Counted from the stretch's first letter, positions 1 to 11,679 are shown. The stretch is DNA of 64,000 bases from Mobula birostris (GCF_030028105.1 NC_092397.1:32207097-32271096); one strand, 5' to 3'. Translations and numbers: made by a program. The notes: generated by a model from the letters alone, not told the origin.

Positions 1-660
1 TTTCGCAGTGAACTCAATCATGTTATGATCACTACCTCCTAAGGGTTCCTTCACCTCAATCTCTCCAATCACCTCCGGTTCATTACACAATACCCAATCC
101 AGTACAGCCGATCCCCTAGTGGGCTCAACAACAAGCTGTTCTAAAAAGCCATCTCGCAGACATCCTACAAATTCTCTCTCTTGAGATCCAGTGCCCACCT
201 GATTTTTGCAATCCACTCGCATGTTAAAATCTCCCACAATTATCATAACACTGTCCTTCTGACAAGCCTTTTCTATTTCCTGTTGTAATTTGTAGTCCAC
301 ATCCCTGCAGCTGTTTGGAGGCCTATATATAACTGCCATCAGGGTCTTTTTACCCCTGCAATTTCTTAGCTGAACCGATAAAGATTCTGCACCTTCCGAT
401 CTTATATCATCTCTTTCTAATGATTTAATATCATTTCTTACCAATAAAGCCACACTTCCCCCCTTGCCTACCTTCCTATCCTTCCGATACACCGTGTATC
501 CTTGGACGTTCAGCTCCCAGAGACATGCATCCTTTAGCCACGTCTCAGTGATGGCCACAATATCGTACCTGCCAATCTGTAGCTGTATGACAAGATCATC
601 CACCTTATTCCTTATGCGGCGTGCATTTAAGTATAACACCTTAAGACCAGTAACTGGTAC
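1..660 (-). mobile_element. CR1-clade LINE fragment, AP-endonuclease domain of ORF2
   Basis: Minus strand reads LKVLYLNARRIRNKVDDL...and GDFNM, typical of the CR1 endonuclease N-terminus. A similar copy lies at ~19500-20170. Confidence 0.8.
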
Positions 661-669
661 TTTTCGCTT

Positions 670-2290
670 TGAGCCGAGTAAAAGCCAATCAGAGAGCGTC
701 CTTTGTAAGCCCTTTATGGCAACAGAGAAATTGCAATAGATCTAGGTCCCTCTTGTGCATTGATTCAGCCATGATTAGCCGCTTAAAGCTGCCCGTCATA
801 ACAGATGTAGGTGACGTGGGCGATCGTCTTTGAGGCAGTTTACAGTGCACTTCTTGGGCCGTAGTCAGATTATCACCCTATTGAAAGGTGGGAAACTCCC
901 ACTGCAGAATTGAGACATTGAATATGTTCTTCAATACTCCGGCCGGTCGATTGGTACAGGCTTTCAGATCTCTACCAAGTACACCAGTAGGGTCTGACAG
1001 CTTGCAAGTGTTCGTCCTTTTGGAAGATGTTCTGACATCGGCTTCTACAACAGAGATCACAGAAACATGGAAAACCTACAGCACAATAAGGGCCCTTCGG
1101 CCCATAATGTTGTGCCAAACATGTACTTACTTAGAAATTACCTAAGATTACTCCCATCCCTCTATTTTTCTAAGTTCCATGTACCTATCCAGGAGTCTCT
1201 TAAAAGACCCAATCGTATCGGCCTCCACCACCGTTGCCGGCAGCCTATTCCACGCACTCACCACTCACTGCGTAAAAGACCTACCCTTGACGTATCCTCT
1301 GTACCTACTCTCCAGCACCTTAAACCTGTGTCCTCTCGGGTAGCCATTTCAGCTCTGAGAAAAAAGCCTTTGACTATCCACACGATCTCATCATCTTATA
1401 CACCTATATCAGGTCACCTCTCGTCGTCCGCCGCTCCAAGGATGAAAGGCGTGTTCACTCACCCTATTCTCATGAAGCATACTCCCCAATGCAGGCAACA
1501 TCCTTATAAATCTCCTCTGCACCCTTTCTGTAGTTTCCATATCCTTCCTGTAGTGAGATGACTAGAACCGAGCACAGTACTCCAAGTGGGGCCTGACCAG
1601 GGTCGTATATAGATCCAACATTACCTCTCGATCAGAGAGTCATCAGCGGCTGCAGGGATTAGCACTGAGTGGTTTTATTCTCTTTTTCAAAAAGTTCCAT
1701 AAAAGACGATGAGTACCTCTGGGAATAAAGTATCACAGCCATTCACGGTGTTAAGTTTCGCTTTTTTTGCAAGTAATATTCTGCATACTCTGCCAGAGCC
1801 GACTTAATTCTGATTCGGTTTGTAGCCTCAGTCATATGTCTCCCCTTCTTAAATTGCTTTTGTTTTTACCTTGGCTTCTTGTACAGCTATAGATCACTGG
1901 TTCTGAATACCACACATCTAGCCTTCAGCAGCTACAAAATCCTGGCTCACCCACGGCGTTTGGTTTGGGTATATCCGGTATGTTCTCGAAAACGCGCACT
2001 AATCGAGGAGAAGTCCCTGACAACTGTAACGTATTGGCTCAGATTCGAAGATGAGTGCCTGCATAGGGTCCAGTCCACCGACTCAAAGCGCTGCTTTGCC
2101 TTCCCTGACCGTACCTTCTTGGCCCACACCACTGGTGCAGCGGATTTTAGTCTCTGGATATACGTTGTGACTAGAAGTACCGCCAAGACTTTCCAAAGTC
2201 TATGTGTGGATTGGCACGTACTCACTATCGTGATAGTGGTATAGCAATTGTCAAAGGTGTCACAGATGATATGCTGGTAGCCCATTCTGC
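670..2290 (-). mobile_element. Heavily decayed Rex1/Babar-like LINE (EN-RT linker and RT start), interrupted by a CR1 insertion
   Basis: ORF 1947..2285(-) GYQHIIC..FDNCYTTI..QRLKSAAPVV..FESVDWT matches the Rex1-type EN/RT linker. 690-800(-) reads FKRLIMA..DLDLLQF, similar to the RT motif FERLV..LDPLQF. Confidence 0.6.
1053..1630 (-). mobile_element. CR1 LINE 3' end
   Basis: Minus strand encodes TLVRPHLEYCARF..; the same 3' tail (gaaacat.gaaaacctacagcacaata on +) occurs at 7191. Confidence 0.75.
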
Positions 2291-2299
2291 GCTGCAGAA

Positions 2300-2324
2300 G
2301 ATATATATATATATATATATATAT
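2300..2324. repeat. (AT)n microsatellite
   Basis: Pure atatat run. Confidence 0.9.
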
Positions 2325-3399
2325 CCGTACGTGTCAGCTTATGCAAACATATCTAAAAGACATATTTAACCTACACGAGGAAATATGGGGATTGATTACT
2401 GATGGTTACTATGGATCAGTATGCAGAAGCTCTGGACTGCAAACGATCCCTCTTCTCCCCACAGTGCATCGGCTGCTCTGTCAATGTGTTCCACATTCCC
2501 ACTTCACTGTCTGACTATACGCCTTCCTGTTTCATACCGAATCTAAAACTATATAAAAAGAAAGATATCAAAATATTCCTGAGTGTGTAAAGTTCAGTGA
2601 AATGGGAGGTAACGTTAATCAACATAGTAGTTTAAAATAGAAGGAAGCATTTTATCGAAATGATGAGGTTTTGTCGCCCTCTGACAGTCAACGTGATTCA
2701 GCTGAGCGAGGACGTCAATTCCAAAATGCTTGCTGGCCACCATAGAGTATTTTCCAAAACTTTGGTTAAGCAAGCAAGGTATATAGCGGGGAGACCTGAA
2801 TCCATCAGTAGAAAAAATATTTTTCAATTATGTAGAGACACAACTCCTGGAACACCATTTAGAATACTCGCGTTTGAAGGGGTGCTATTAATCGCGGGAA
2901 AATTCGTCAGCTCTATTTTTTCAAATTAAGTTAATACCTGTGGTGTGCAACTTGTGTTCTGAGCCGAGTTCAAGATACAAGGATAGTATCCTCTGGAATA
3001 TAGAGCAGTAAGAACTTGTTACAGAATAGATGTAAAATCCTGAGGGGTCTTAACAAATGGGATGCGATGAGACTGGTTCCTCCTGGATGAGAATATAGAT
3101 AACGGTCACAACAGCCCGTTTATATGAAATGCTGGAACAGTGGTTCGGTGATTCCAATGCAGAGATGACCATTCAAATGAAACAACTGGAAGATCTGTAT
3201 CGCCCACTCCCCTTCCTATCTTCTATGTCCGTCGATAAGGCGTTCCGTTCGGTGCAATCCTCTGCCACAATGCTGTCCCAGAGAATAAAGCTGCTGGGCT
3301 CCACCAATCTTTCCACCTCGTCGCTAACAGTGTGAAACAGCATCCGTGTCTCACCCAATAGATTCCTCTCCCGAAAATTCAAAGTCGCAAGATTAAACT

Positions 3400-4050
3400 A
3401 AATTTATTACTGAAGTATATACATGTCACCATAGGAGCATTCACAGTATATAGAACGAAACACAGGCGAATCAATGAAAGACCGCGCTCAACAAAGACAG
3501 CAAACGACAAAGGTGAACAAAACCATAAACTACTTAAATGCAAGAAGGAAAAAATAATACTAATAAATGAACATTAAGTGTCGAAAACATAACATTGATA
3601 AGTCTTGACAGTGAGTCTCTGGGTTGTGGGTACAGTTCAGTGTTGGGTAAATGAAGTTGTCCATTCTTCTTCAATAGCCTGATGGCTGAGGGGTGATGGA
3701 CCTATTGATGGGTTACCTCCTTCCCATTGCCAGCAGCGAGAAGAGAGTATGATCTGGACGGTCGGGATACTGATTTCCGTGTAGCTGAGCTCAGCGGTGG
3801 GGAGGGATTTACCTGTGCTGGACTGGGCTCTATCCATTACTGTTTGTGAGCGTTTCCGTACAAGGGCATTGTTGGTCCCATGCCAGGTCCTCATGCCACC
3901 AGTCAATATGCTCTCCACCGCACACCTATGGAAATCTGTCAACATTTTAGATGGCGTGTAGAGGCGCTGCCGAGCCTTTTCTGTAATGAAACGTATGTGC
4001 CGGGCCAAGGATTGATAATCTGAAATGATAACACTGAGGAATTTAAAGTT
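3400..4050 (-). mobile_element. Rex1/Babar-like LINE 3' fragment
   Basis: ORF 3637..4008(-) KARQRLY..LTDFHRCAVESILTG..WHG, the post-RT domain of Rex1-like elements. Confidence 0.65.
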
Positions 4051-4458
4051 ACTCCCTCATCCTTCCCTCGCTGATTCTCCCTCGTCCCTCAACATCCGCA
4101 TGTGTGCTCTCACTCGGCGTTTCACATAGATTCCCTTCTCACTCTGTTATTTCTTGTGCTGAGTTTGCCAACTCACTCCTGTAACTCCACTGCAGTGATA
4201 GCTTAACTACCTCGAAATGTTTCCAGTGCTTCTTCCGTTGGTGTTTTCACAGGAGCGCCGTCTCTCCAAAGGCATGACACGCTGCCAGGAGGTTATGACC
4301 ATCGCGTATTTATTAATGTCCACGTACAACTAATATTAACCTAATTCATTTGAGATATTTCCAGGCCTGTTCGTGTTCAATATCTCAACTGTGTTGTCAC
4401 ATTTATTCCTTCAGTTTGCTAGTCACTGCGCTTTCTGTATTTAACTTAGTTTGTTTCC

Positions 4459-4590
4459 GTGTGTGCGGGGGGTGGGGGGGGAGTGTGTGTGAGTATGCGT
4501 GTGTTTGTGCGTGTGTATTTGTTTGTTTTCGTGCCTGTGCGTGTGTGTATCTGTTTGTTTACACGTGTGTGTGTGTGTGTGTGTGTGTTT
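4459..4590. repeat. Imperfect (GT)n microsatellite
   Basis: GT-rich run ending in a pure (gt)n tract. Confidence 0.9.
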
Positions 4591-4871
4591 CTTTTCACTG
4601 GTGGATATAATATCAATTTAATGTCTGGAAACTCATTCCCAGACCAGAGAAACAACTCAATCAAGAGTTTGCTACTGGGAAGGAAAGGGTCAATTTCTTT
4701 CATGAAAAAGGTCTTTAAATTACATTTTCTGTGGTACGTTTTGGTATCTGTTAATAGATTTTTGTTGAATTAATCACACGTAATTTTATTTTTACAATAT
4801 AAGAACATTTCTCCGAATATCTACTTTACAAAAGATTTGGGAAGATGATTCATGGGTTTAGCAAGACACGG

Positions 4872-5060
4872 ATCAACACACCCAAAATGCTGGAGGAACT
4901 CAGCAAGTCAGGCAGATTTTTCCTTGGAGCGACGGAGGAAGTTATGGAAAAGAGTACAGTCGACGTTTTGGGCCGAGACCCTTCAGGAGGTCTGGAGAAA
5001 TCAAATGAGGAGTAGAATTGAAAAGTGGGAGAAGAGAGGGAGAAGCCCGGTGATAGGGGA
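4872..5060 (-). mobile_element. Penelope-like terminal repeat fragment with decayed hammerhead motif
   Basis: aaaatgctggaggaactcagc...cagtcgacgttttgggccgagacccttc, the same family as 11427, 37490 and 41398. Confidence 0.65.
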
Positions 5061-5744
5061 TAATCAGCTGCCAGCGTGTCTTTACACCGTCCCACGTGGG
5101 GGAGTTAAAACCCAACCCTTACTGTGTCAGTTACAAAGCTACGGTGGAGAAATGAAAAAACTGCCCCTCGTTACAGGGAGGGGCGAACCATCAGCGATAG
5201 TCCCTACCGCTCCATCTGTCACTCACTGGTTCGGTCGTGATGGTCTGAACGTGATACGAACAGTTAATCCCGGAGGAGAAATTGCTGCATTTGAGGGAAG
5301 TGTTTGCAATGCATTAATGTCGCGAGTTCCGTTTCACAAGGTGAACTGCTGGTTCAGCACTGAAGGGACTCGGACAGTCATCCAATCATCAGGACAGGAT
5401 TAGGAAGTCAATGGCACCTCGGGACTGAGTCCCCGTTGTGGGTGGAAACGTCGCTGTTTATGCTTTTAAAAAGCCTCAGAAGTGGGATGAATTGTCTGTC
5501 TGAACAATTAAACAATGTAGAACAGAGTCACTGGTGAAATATCGGGAACGAGGAGCAAGACGGTTAGAGCATAAATGGCACAGAGATGATAACTGAGTGG
5601 GCCAGAAAGTAGGGAGGAAAGAAAGAAAGGTGGAGAAAAAGAGAAAGAGGAGAAACAGGGAATGAACGAAAGAAACTGGGTATGAATACGGGGAAAAGAG
5701 AGAATGGACCCAGACATATACAGACCCAGACCCAGACTCAGACA

Positions 5745-6157
5745 GTGATGTTGTGGGGATGGAACTGGACTCTCTGACGGTGGTGTCTGAAAAGAGGATG
5801 CTGTCCAAGTTGCATGCCGTCTTGGACAATGTCTCCCATCCACTACATATTGTACTGGTTGGGTACAGGAGTACATTCAGCCGGAGGCTCATTCCACCGA
5901 GATGCAACACAGAGCGTCATAGGAAGTCATTCCTGCCTGTGGCCATCAAACTTTACAACTCCTCCCTTGGAGGGTCTGACACCCTGAGCCAATAGGCTGG
6001 TCCTGGACTTATTTCCTGGCATAATTTACATATTATTATTTAAATATTTATGGTTTTATATTGCTATATTTATACTCTATTCTTGGTTGATGCAACTGTA
6101 ACGAAACCCAATTTCTCTCGGGTTCAAAAAAGTATGACTATGACTATGACTGTGACT
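5745..6157 (+). mobile_element. Young Rex1/Babar-like LINE 3' end with (ATGACT)n tail
   Basis: ORF 5753..5995 LDNVSHPLH..RRLIPPRCNTERHRKSFLPVAIKLYN, followed by the tail tatgactatgactatgac. Confidence 0.75.
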
Positions 6158-6247
6158 AAGACATAAACAGACACAGAGATAAACACATACACAACACACA
6201 CAAAGCATCCACAACACTCACATACAACAATTCTTTATATTCTCGGC

Positions 6248-6319
6248 AGCAGAGTGGCGCAGCGGAAGCGTGCTGGGCCCATAACCCAGAGGACGATGGA
6301 TCGAAACCATCCTCTGCTA
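6248..6319 (+). tRNA. Initiator tRNA-Met (CAT)
   Basis: 72 nt matching vertebrate tRNA-iMet (A1:U72, GAUCG T-loop) except T>A at 6293 in the variable loop; TTTT terminator follows. Confidence 0.95.
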
Positions 6320-6449
6320 TATTTTCTGTTAGCGGCAGCGCTTATGCATCCTCGTGTTTTAAAACACAAATGTGTCATATTATGCATTTGTAAAAGGAAA
6401 CCGGATTTCAATTAAAATTCGTCATTTATTCGTACTTCATTTAATTCTA

Positions 6450-6470
6450 GTCTCTGTGGCGCAATCGGTG

Positions 6471-6506
<36 letters not shown>

Positions 6507-6523
6507 GAGCCCACCCAGGGACG
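6450..6523 (+). tRNA. tRNA-Asn (GTT)
   Basis: 74 nt matching vertebrate tRNA-Asn-GTT except one D-loop change (GGTGAG for GGTTAG); T-run at 6541. Confidence 0.95.
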
Positions 6524-6569
6524 CTGGTGATCGTCAGCAGTTTTTTTTTTAATCTCTTTCTCATTCAAG

Positions 6570-6730
6570 AGAAATTATGCAGCAGCAGCTACGGAATAAA
6601 GTATACGGTCGATGTTTCAGGCCGAAACCCTTCACAGGTTCATGAAGCAGCCTGGCCTGCTGAGTTCCTCCAGCATTCTGTGTGTGTTGCTTGGATTTCC
6701 AGCACCTGCACATTTTACCGTTTGTGATTC
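6570..6730. mobile_element. Collapsed head-to-head Penelope-derived short element
   Basis: Minus-oriented half (gcagc..gtcgatgtttcaggccgaaaccctt) joined to a plus-oriented half (gcctggcctgctgagttcctccagcatt..). A paralog at 7130-7190 plus 8420-8515 is split by a CR1. Confidence 0.55.
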
Positions 6731-6769
6731 GACTTCTGCACTGTGAAGTCTCTTCCATGGAATTGAACT

Positions 6770-7090
6770 GAATTAACTATTAATTACGTCCTTCACATAC
6801 ATGAGGAGAAAAAAATCTTTACGTTACGTCTCCGTCTAACTATACAATGTACAATTTATAGTAATATGTAATAAATAGTATGTACAACAGGACAGTCAAT
6901 ATAACATAGAAATACGATTGTATCAGTGTGAATTAATCAGTCTGTTGGCCTGGTGGAAGAAGCTGTCCCGGAGCTGTTGGTCCCGGCTTTTATGCTGCGG
7001 TACTGACTCCCGGATGGTAGCAGCTGGAACAGTTTGAGATTGGAGTGACTCGGGTCCCCAACAAACCTGCGGGTCTATTTTACACACGCT
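6770..7090 (-). mobile_element. Rex1-like LINE 3' end
   Basis: Minus strand QQLRDSFFHQANRLIN plus a (TTCAA)n-like tail; relative at 17080-17760. Confidence 0.6.
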
Positions 7091-7190
7091 AGTGATCCGG
7101 CAGTTTTTTTTTTCTCTCTCATACAAGAGAAAATGTGCAGCAGCATCTATGGAATAAAGTACACAGTCGCCGTTTCAGGCCGAAACCCTT

Positions 7191-8419
7191 AGAAACATAG
7201 AAACATACAAAACCTACAGCACAATACAGGCTCTTCGACCCACAGTGCTGTGCCGAACATGCACATACTTTAGAAATTACCTAGGGTTACCCATAGCCCT
7301 CTATGTTTCTAAGCTCCATGTACCTATGCAGGCGTCTTTAAAAAGACCCTGTCGTATCCGCCTCCACCACTGTCGCTGGCAGCCCATTCTATGCACTCGT
7401 CACTCTCTGCGTAAAAACTTACCCCTGACATCTCCTCTGTACCTACTTCCAAGCACCTTAAAACTGTGCCCTCTCGTGCTAGCCATTTCAGCCCTGCCGG
7501 GGGGGAGGGGGGGAAACACCTTTGACTCTCCACACGATCAATGCATCTCATCTTCTACACCTCCATCAGATCAGCTCTCTTCCTCCGTCACTCCAAGGAG
7601 AAACGGCCGAGTTCACTCAACCTATTATCATAAGGCATGCTCCCCAATCAAGGAAGCATCCTTGTAAATCTCCTCTGCACCCTTTCTATGGTTTCCAAAC
7701 CCTTCCTGTAGTGAGGTGACAAGATCTGAGCACAGAACTCCAGGTGGAATCTGACCAGGGTCCTACATAGCTGCAACATTACCTCTCGGCTCTTAAGTTC
7801 GATCTCACGGTTGATGAAGGCCAATGCACCGTATGCCTGCTTAACCAGAGAGTCAACTTGCTTTGAGTGTCCTATTGACCCAGATCCCAAGATCCCCCTG
7901 ATTCTCCACACTGCCAAGAGCTTTACAATTAATACTATATTCTGTCATCATATTTGACCTACCAAAATGAACCACTTCGCACTTATCTAGGTTGAACTCC
8001 ATCTGGCACTTCTCTGCCCAGTTTTGCATCCTATCAATGTCCCGCTGTAACCTCTGGCAGCCCTCCACATTATCCACAGCACCCTGAAAATTTGTGGCAT
8101 CAGCAAATTTACTAGCTCATCCCTCCACTTCCTCATACAGGTCATTTATAAAGATCACGAAGAGTAGGGGTCCCACAACAGATCCCTGAGGCACACCACT
8201 GGTTAACGGCCTCCATGCAGGATATGACCAGTCTACAACCACACTTTGCCTTCTGTGGGCAAGCCAGTTCTGGATCCACAAAGCAATGTCCCCTAGGATC
8301 TCATGCTTCCTTACTTTCTCAATAAGCCTTGCATGGGGTACCTTATCAAATCCCATGCTAAAATCCATACACACTACATCTACTTCTCTACCTTCATCAA
8401 TGTGTTTAGTCACATTCTT
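7191..8419 (-). mobile_element. 5'-truncated CR1 LINE (RT C-terminal half and 3' tail)
   Basis: ORFs give [47 protein letters not shown] and TLVRFHLEFCAQ. Confidence 0.85.
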
Positions 8420-9331
8420 CAGGATCATGAAGCAGCCTGACCTGCTCAGTTTCTCCAGCATTTTGTGTGTGTTGCGAGGATTTCCAGCCTCTGCACAGTT
8501 TCTCGTTTGTGATTCGACTTCTGTACTTCAAAGTCCCTTCAATGGATGCCTACCCTGAAGAAGTTTAAATCTTCTCTTCGACGAGAGTTCAGTGAAACCC
8601 TCTCTCACTGCCGCCCCCTCTGCAATTTCAGCTCTTCTGTTTCTGCTGTGTTTCATTGCGAGCTGGGAAACGCTGCGCTGTCCGGAGGCAGCGCTCCGTA
8701 CTGCAGTCGCGATGAGTACAGTGGGAATTGAATCTGTTCTACGCGTTTCAGTCACATATACCGAAATACAGTGAAATGCTTCTCTTTCTCTCTGTTCATA
8801 GAGATCAAATACACAGTGCATTGGGAGAGAACAAAGTGAAGCAATAAGCAAATGCAGAATGAAGTGTAACAGCCACAGGGAAAGCACGGCGCAGGTAAAT
8901 AATATGCTGCAGCACCATAACGAGGTGGATTGTGAGGTGAAGAGTCCATCTTATCGTACTAGGGATCCATTCAATAGACACAACTTTCCATGAGACTGTG
9001 ATGTGTACCTTCTGCTGGATGAAGGAGGGAGACCAGAAAATATCTGGGGCGTGTTGTGTCTTTCATCAGGAATCTGTATGTTCGATTTGACCAGAAAGTG
9101 TACGTTTCCTCGAGCAGAGTCCTTGGAACTAACGGACTTCCGGGGTCTAAAGTTATGTTTTTCATTCAATTTGGGGTCCTCGATCCTCCTACATCAGGGA
9201 CCACCACCATCGTACCTGAGGGATCCATCTGATGCATTAGAGTGAATTTCACTGACAGTAAATTGCCCATGAATTCTGCGTTCATAGTGCTTGGTGAGAG
9301 GTTATCTTTTTCAGTCTAAAAGTGTACAACC

Positions 9332-9403
9332 TGCGATGGCCGGGAATCGAACCCGGGTCAACTGCTTGGGAAGCAGCTATGCTCACCACTATACCACCAT
9401 CGC
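9332..9403 (-). tRNA. tRNA-Gly, anticodon CCC, on a Gly-TCC-type body
   Basis: Reverse complement GCGATGGTGGTATAGTGGTGAGCATAGCTGC-TT-CCC-AA-GCAGTTGACCCGGGTTCGATTCCCGGCCATCGCA; all stems pair and a T4 terminator lies ~11 nt downstream. Confidence 0.9.
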
Positions 9404-9900
9404 CCCATGATGCAAACCAGATTCGGTTACTGAATGATCTCTGGTGCTATAAGAGTCTGTAACTCGATTCTCAGTGTCTGAGCTGTTTTCTGAAGGATCG
9501 TTCCTCACTCTGTTGCAGTTCCTATTCCGACCACTGGATGTCGCGACGTTCCGACAGACCGGAGAAACACATCACCTGGGATCCGACTGAAGGGAGAATC
9601 GACCCGAGAGATTCGAAGGGCTACAAATGGTTTCCTGCTTGACGTATCAGTAAATGGGAACCAAATTCTGATTATAAATATCCGTTCAAACAAACACGCG
9701 GTTAGACTTTAATGGGATCCCTTCCTTTGGCCAGTCCTTGAACTCAATCAGTGACTGAATCACTGAAGAAGTCTGAGACCCCTCCAGTCACACAGTGAGG
9801 AGGGGATGGGTAAAATGCGCCACCTCTACACTCAGCAAACAGACATCAGAGTGACTCTACACCCTGACATCCGTGTGACAGGTTCCACACTCCTGTTTAT

Positions 9901-9960
9901 TCCTCGTTAGTTTCCCCACCTGTCACGCGGGAGAGAGGGGTTCGATTCGCCGACGGGAAG
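9901..9960 (+). pseudogene. tRNA-Asp (GTC) pseudogene lacking most of the D-arm
   Basis: TCCTCGTTAGT[12-nt deletion]TTCCCCACCTGTCACGCGGGAGAGAGGGGTTCGATTCGCCGACGGGAAG versus vertebrate tRNA-Asp; several stem mismatches. Confidence 0.85.
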
Positions 9961-10319
9961 ACCGTTTTCCTGCTTCAAATGAAGACAGGATTAGAATATG
10001 GGAGAGTCTAGTGTGCAAATAGCCCGCGACTGGAGAGTTTCCCGAGAACAAGAGACGGTCTGTTCAGCATTTTTTTTCAGTGTTCCATCATCGTGTCTGT
10101 ACTTCAACGCCGTTCGGCGTTAAGCTCGGTGACCGAATCCTTCACTCCGAAACATTAAACCGGGGCTGCTGCTCCAAGATATGAACCCCCGCACTTTCCC
10201 ACCACTCATGGCGACTCTGTCAGATTCCCTGGGTGACTGTGTGGAGAGGACTGGCAAAGGTACAGTTGAAACACTTTGGTGAGAACCAAACCATGTGGCC
10301 GTGTTTACCGACGGGTTTA

Positions 10320-10737
10320 AAGTCACCCTGCCCCTCCCGCAGCCCCGGACCCTCCGACCAGACGCTCAAAAAGTGCACTGGAGGAAGGTGAGCTTAATGT
10401 TTGTGACGTCATTGCAGCATGTACGTAAACGCTGCGTTGCCCCACCCCTGGACCTGAATGACAGCAGAACCAAGAAGAGGGTTCGAGCTGTTGACTGGCT
10501 CAGGAGCAGTGTCGGTTGGTGGCGCTGGCAGTGAATGCGTGGGGATTGTGGGAAATAATGTAGGTTCAGGAGGGGCCCTCCGTCTGGAAAAAGATCCGGA
10601 AACTGAGGGTTCTGGTGAATGCGGGAGGAGGTTGGAATGAAGTTGAATTTACATCTGGAATCTGGATCTGGAATAATTTCAAGTGATTTGTTAGGAAAGG
10701 CTGGATAATTTGGAAGGAAAAAAGACTTCAAGGTAAT
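10320..10737 (+). promoter_or_regulatory. Putative Pol II promoter and non-coding first exon
   Basis: GC-rich; full CRE TGACGTCA at ~10404, ZNF143-like ggattgtgggaaataatgtagg at ~10543, ETS CCGGAA at ~10596, donor-like AAG|GTAATG at ~10732. Confidence 0.35.
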
Positions 10738-10789
10738 GTTTAAATTTGACCCGGAACAGCCTTCTTTCATCAATCCCATTAAATTAACT

Positions 10790-10945
10790 GCAACAACACA
10801 CGAAATGCTAGAGAAACGCAACGGCAACTATGGAAAAGAGTTCAGTCGACATTTCGGACCGAGACCGTTCATCAGACCTGAGTTCCTCCAGCATTGTGTA
10901 TGTGTTGTTTGGATATCCAGTATCCGCACGTTTTCTCGTTTGAAA
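10790..10945. mobile_element. Head-to-head Penelope-derived short element; hammerhead core boxes on the minus strand at 10843-10878
   Basis: Minus strand CTGATGA-ACGGTCTCGGTCC-GAAATGTC-GACTG; inverted terminal similarity (caacacac.aaatgct / agcattgtgtatgtgttg). Confidence 0.6.
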
Positions 10946-11426
10946 TTAACTGCAGAGTTGAAATCTGCTTTAGGGAGTATAGAATGTGCTCAAACCTGAA
11001 GAGGAGGAGATGTGCCAATCGTTAAGATAAGAAACTGTGAGAAGGCTTTATTGGGTTAAAATAAGATAATATCTCTGTTTCCTGATGAAAATAGAGGTAA
11101 CCGGGGTGTTAGAACTGTCACAAAGGGGTGCTGGGAACGGACCCAAATGCGAGACACAGACATTGAAGTACAAGGAACAGGATTTGACTAGAGTAGGGAC
11201 GTGACAGGATTCAGACCAGGAACAGGGACAAAAACGCAGACGTGGGCTGGGGAAAGCGGGACCAGGGCTAGAAACCATGGACTAGGAGACAAGCTGGGGC
11301 CTTTCCTCTTGAGCTTGGCTGCGGGATCGTCGAGGCTTGGGTTCTTGGAGATCAGAGACAGACTCGGGACCGAACATCAACATAGAGCCGGGACTTAACC
11401 TTCGAAAAGCCGGGACTCATTTTTAA

Positions 11427-11620
11427 GCAACACACATCAAAGTTGCTGGTGAACGCAGCAGGCCAGGCAGCATCTCTAGGAAAAGGTACAGTCGACGTTT
11501 CGGGCCGAGACCCTTCGACAGGACTAACTGAAAGAAGAACTAGTAAGAGGTTTGAAAGTGGGAGGGGGAGGGGGGATCTAAAATGATAGGAGAAGACAGA
11601 AGCGGGAGGGATGGAACCAA
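11427..11620 (-). mobile_element. Young Penelope-like terminal repeat
   Basis: Near-identical to 41398-41504 and to the reverse complement of 35536-35643; same architecture as the terminus attached to a GIY-YIG ORF end at 37090-37625. Confidence 0.75.
11490..11525 (-). ncRNA. Minimal type I hammerhead ribozyme motif (best copy, one core substitution A6U)
   Basis: AGUC-CUGUCGA-A-GGG(UCUCGG)CCC-GAAACGUC-GACU: stem I AGUC/GACU, stem II GGG/CCC, palindromic loopless stem III ACGU and a GUC triplet. Confidence 0.65.
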
Positions 11621-11679
11621 GAATTCGCATATCAGCTCTTGTCTGAATGATGACTTGTATCCTCTCCAATTCCCCTACT

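Noticed and set aside
2323-2910. Possible decayed pogo/Tigger-like MITE
   Set aside because: Only faint terminal resemblance; no convincing inverted repeat pair could be aligned.
4852-5403. 183-aa ORF
   Set aside because: The first third is Penelope terminal repeat and the remainder has no recognisable motif.
11117-11420. Possible solo LTR beginning TGTCAC
   Set aside because: No second terminus, TSD or internal retroviral domain visible.
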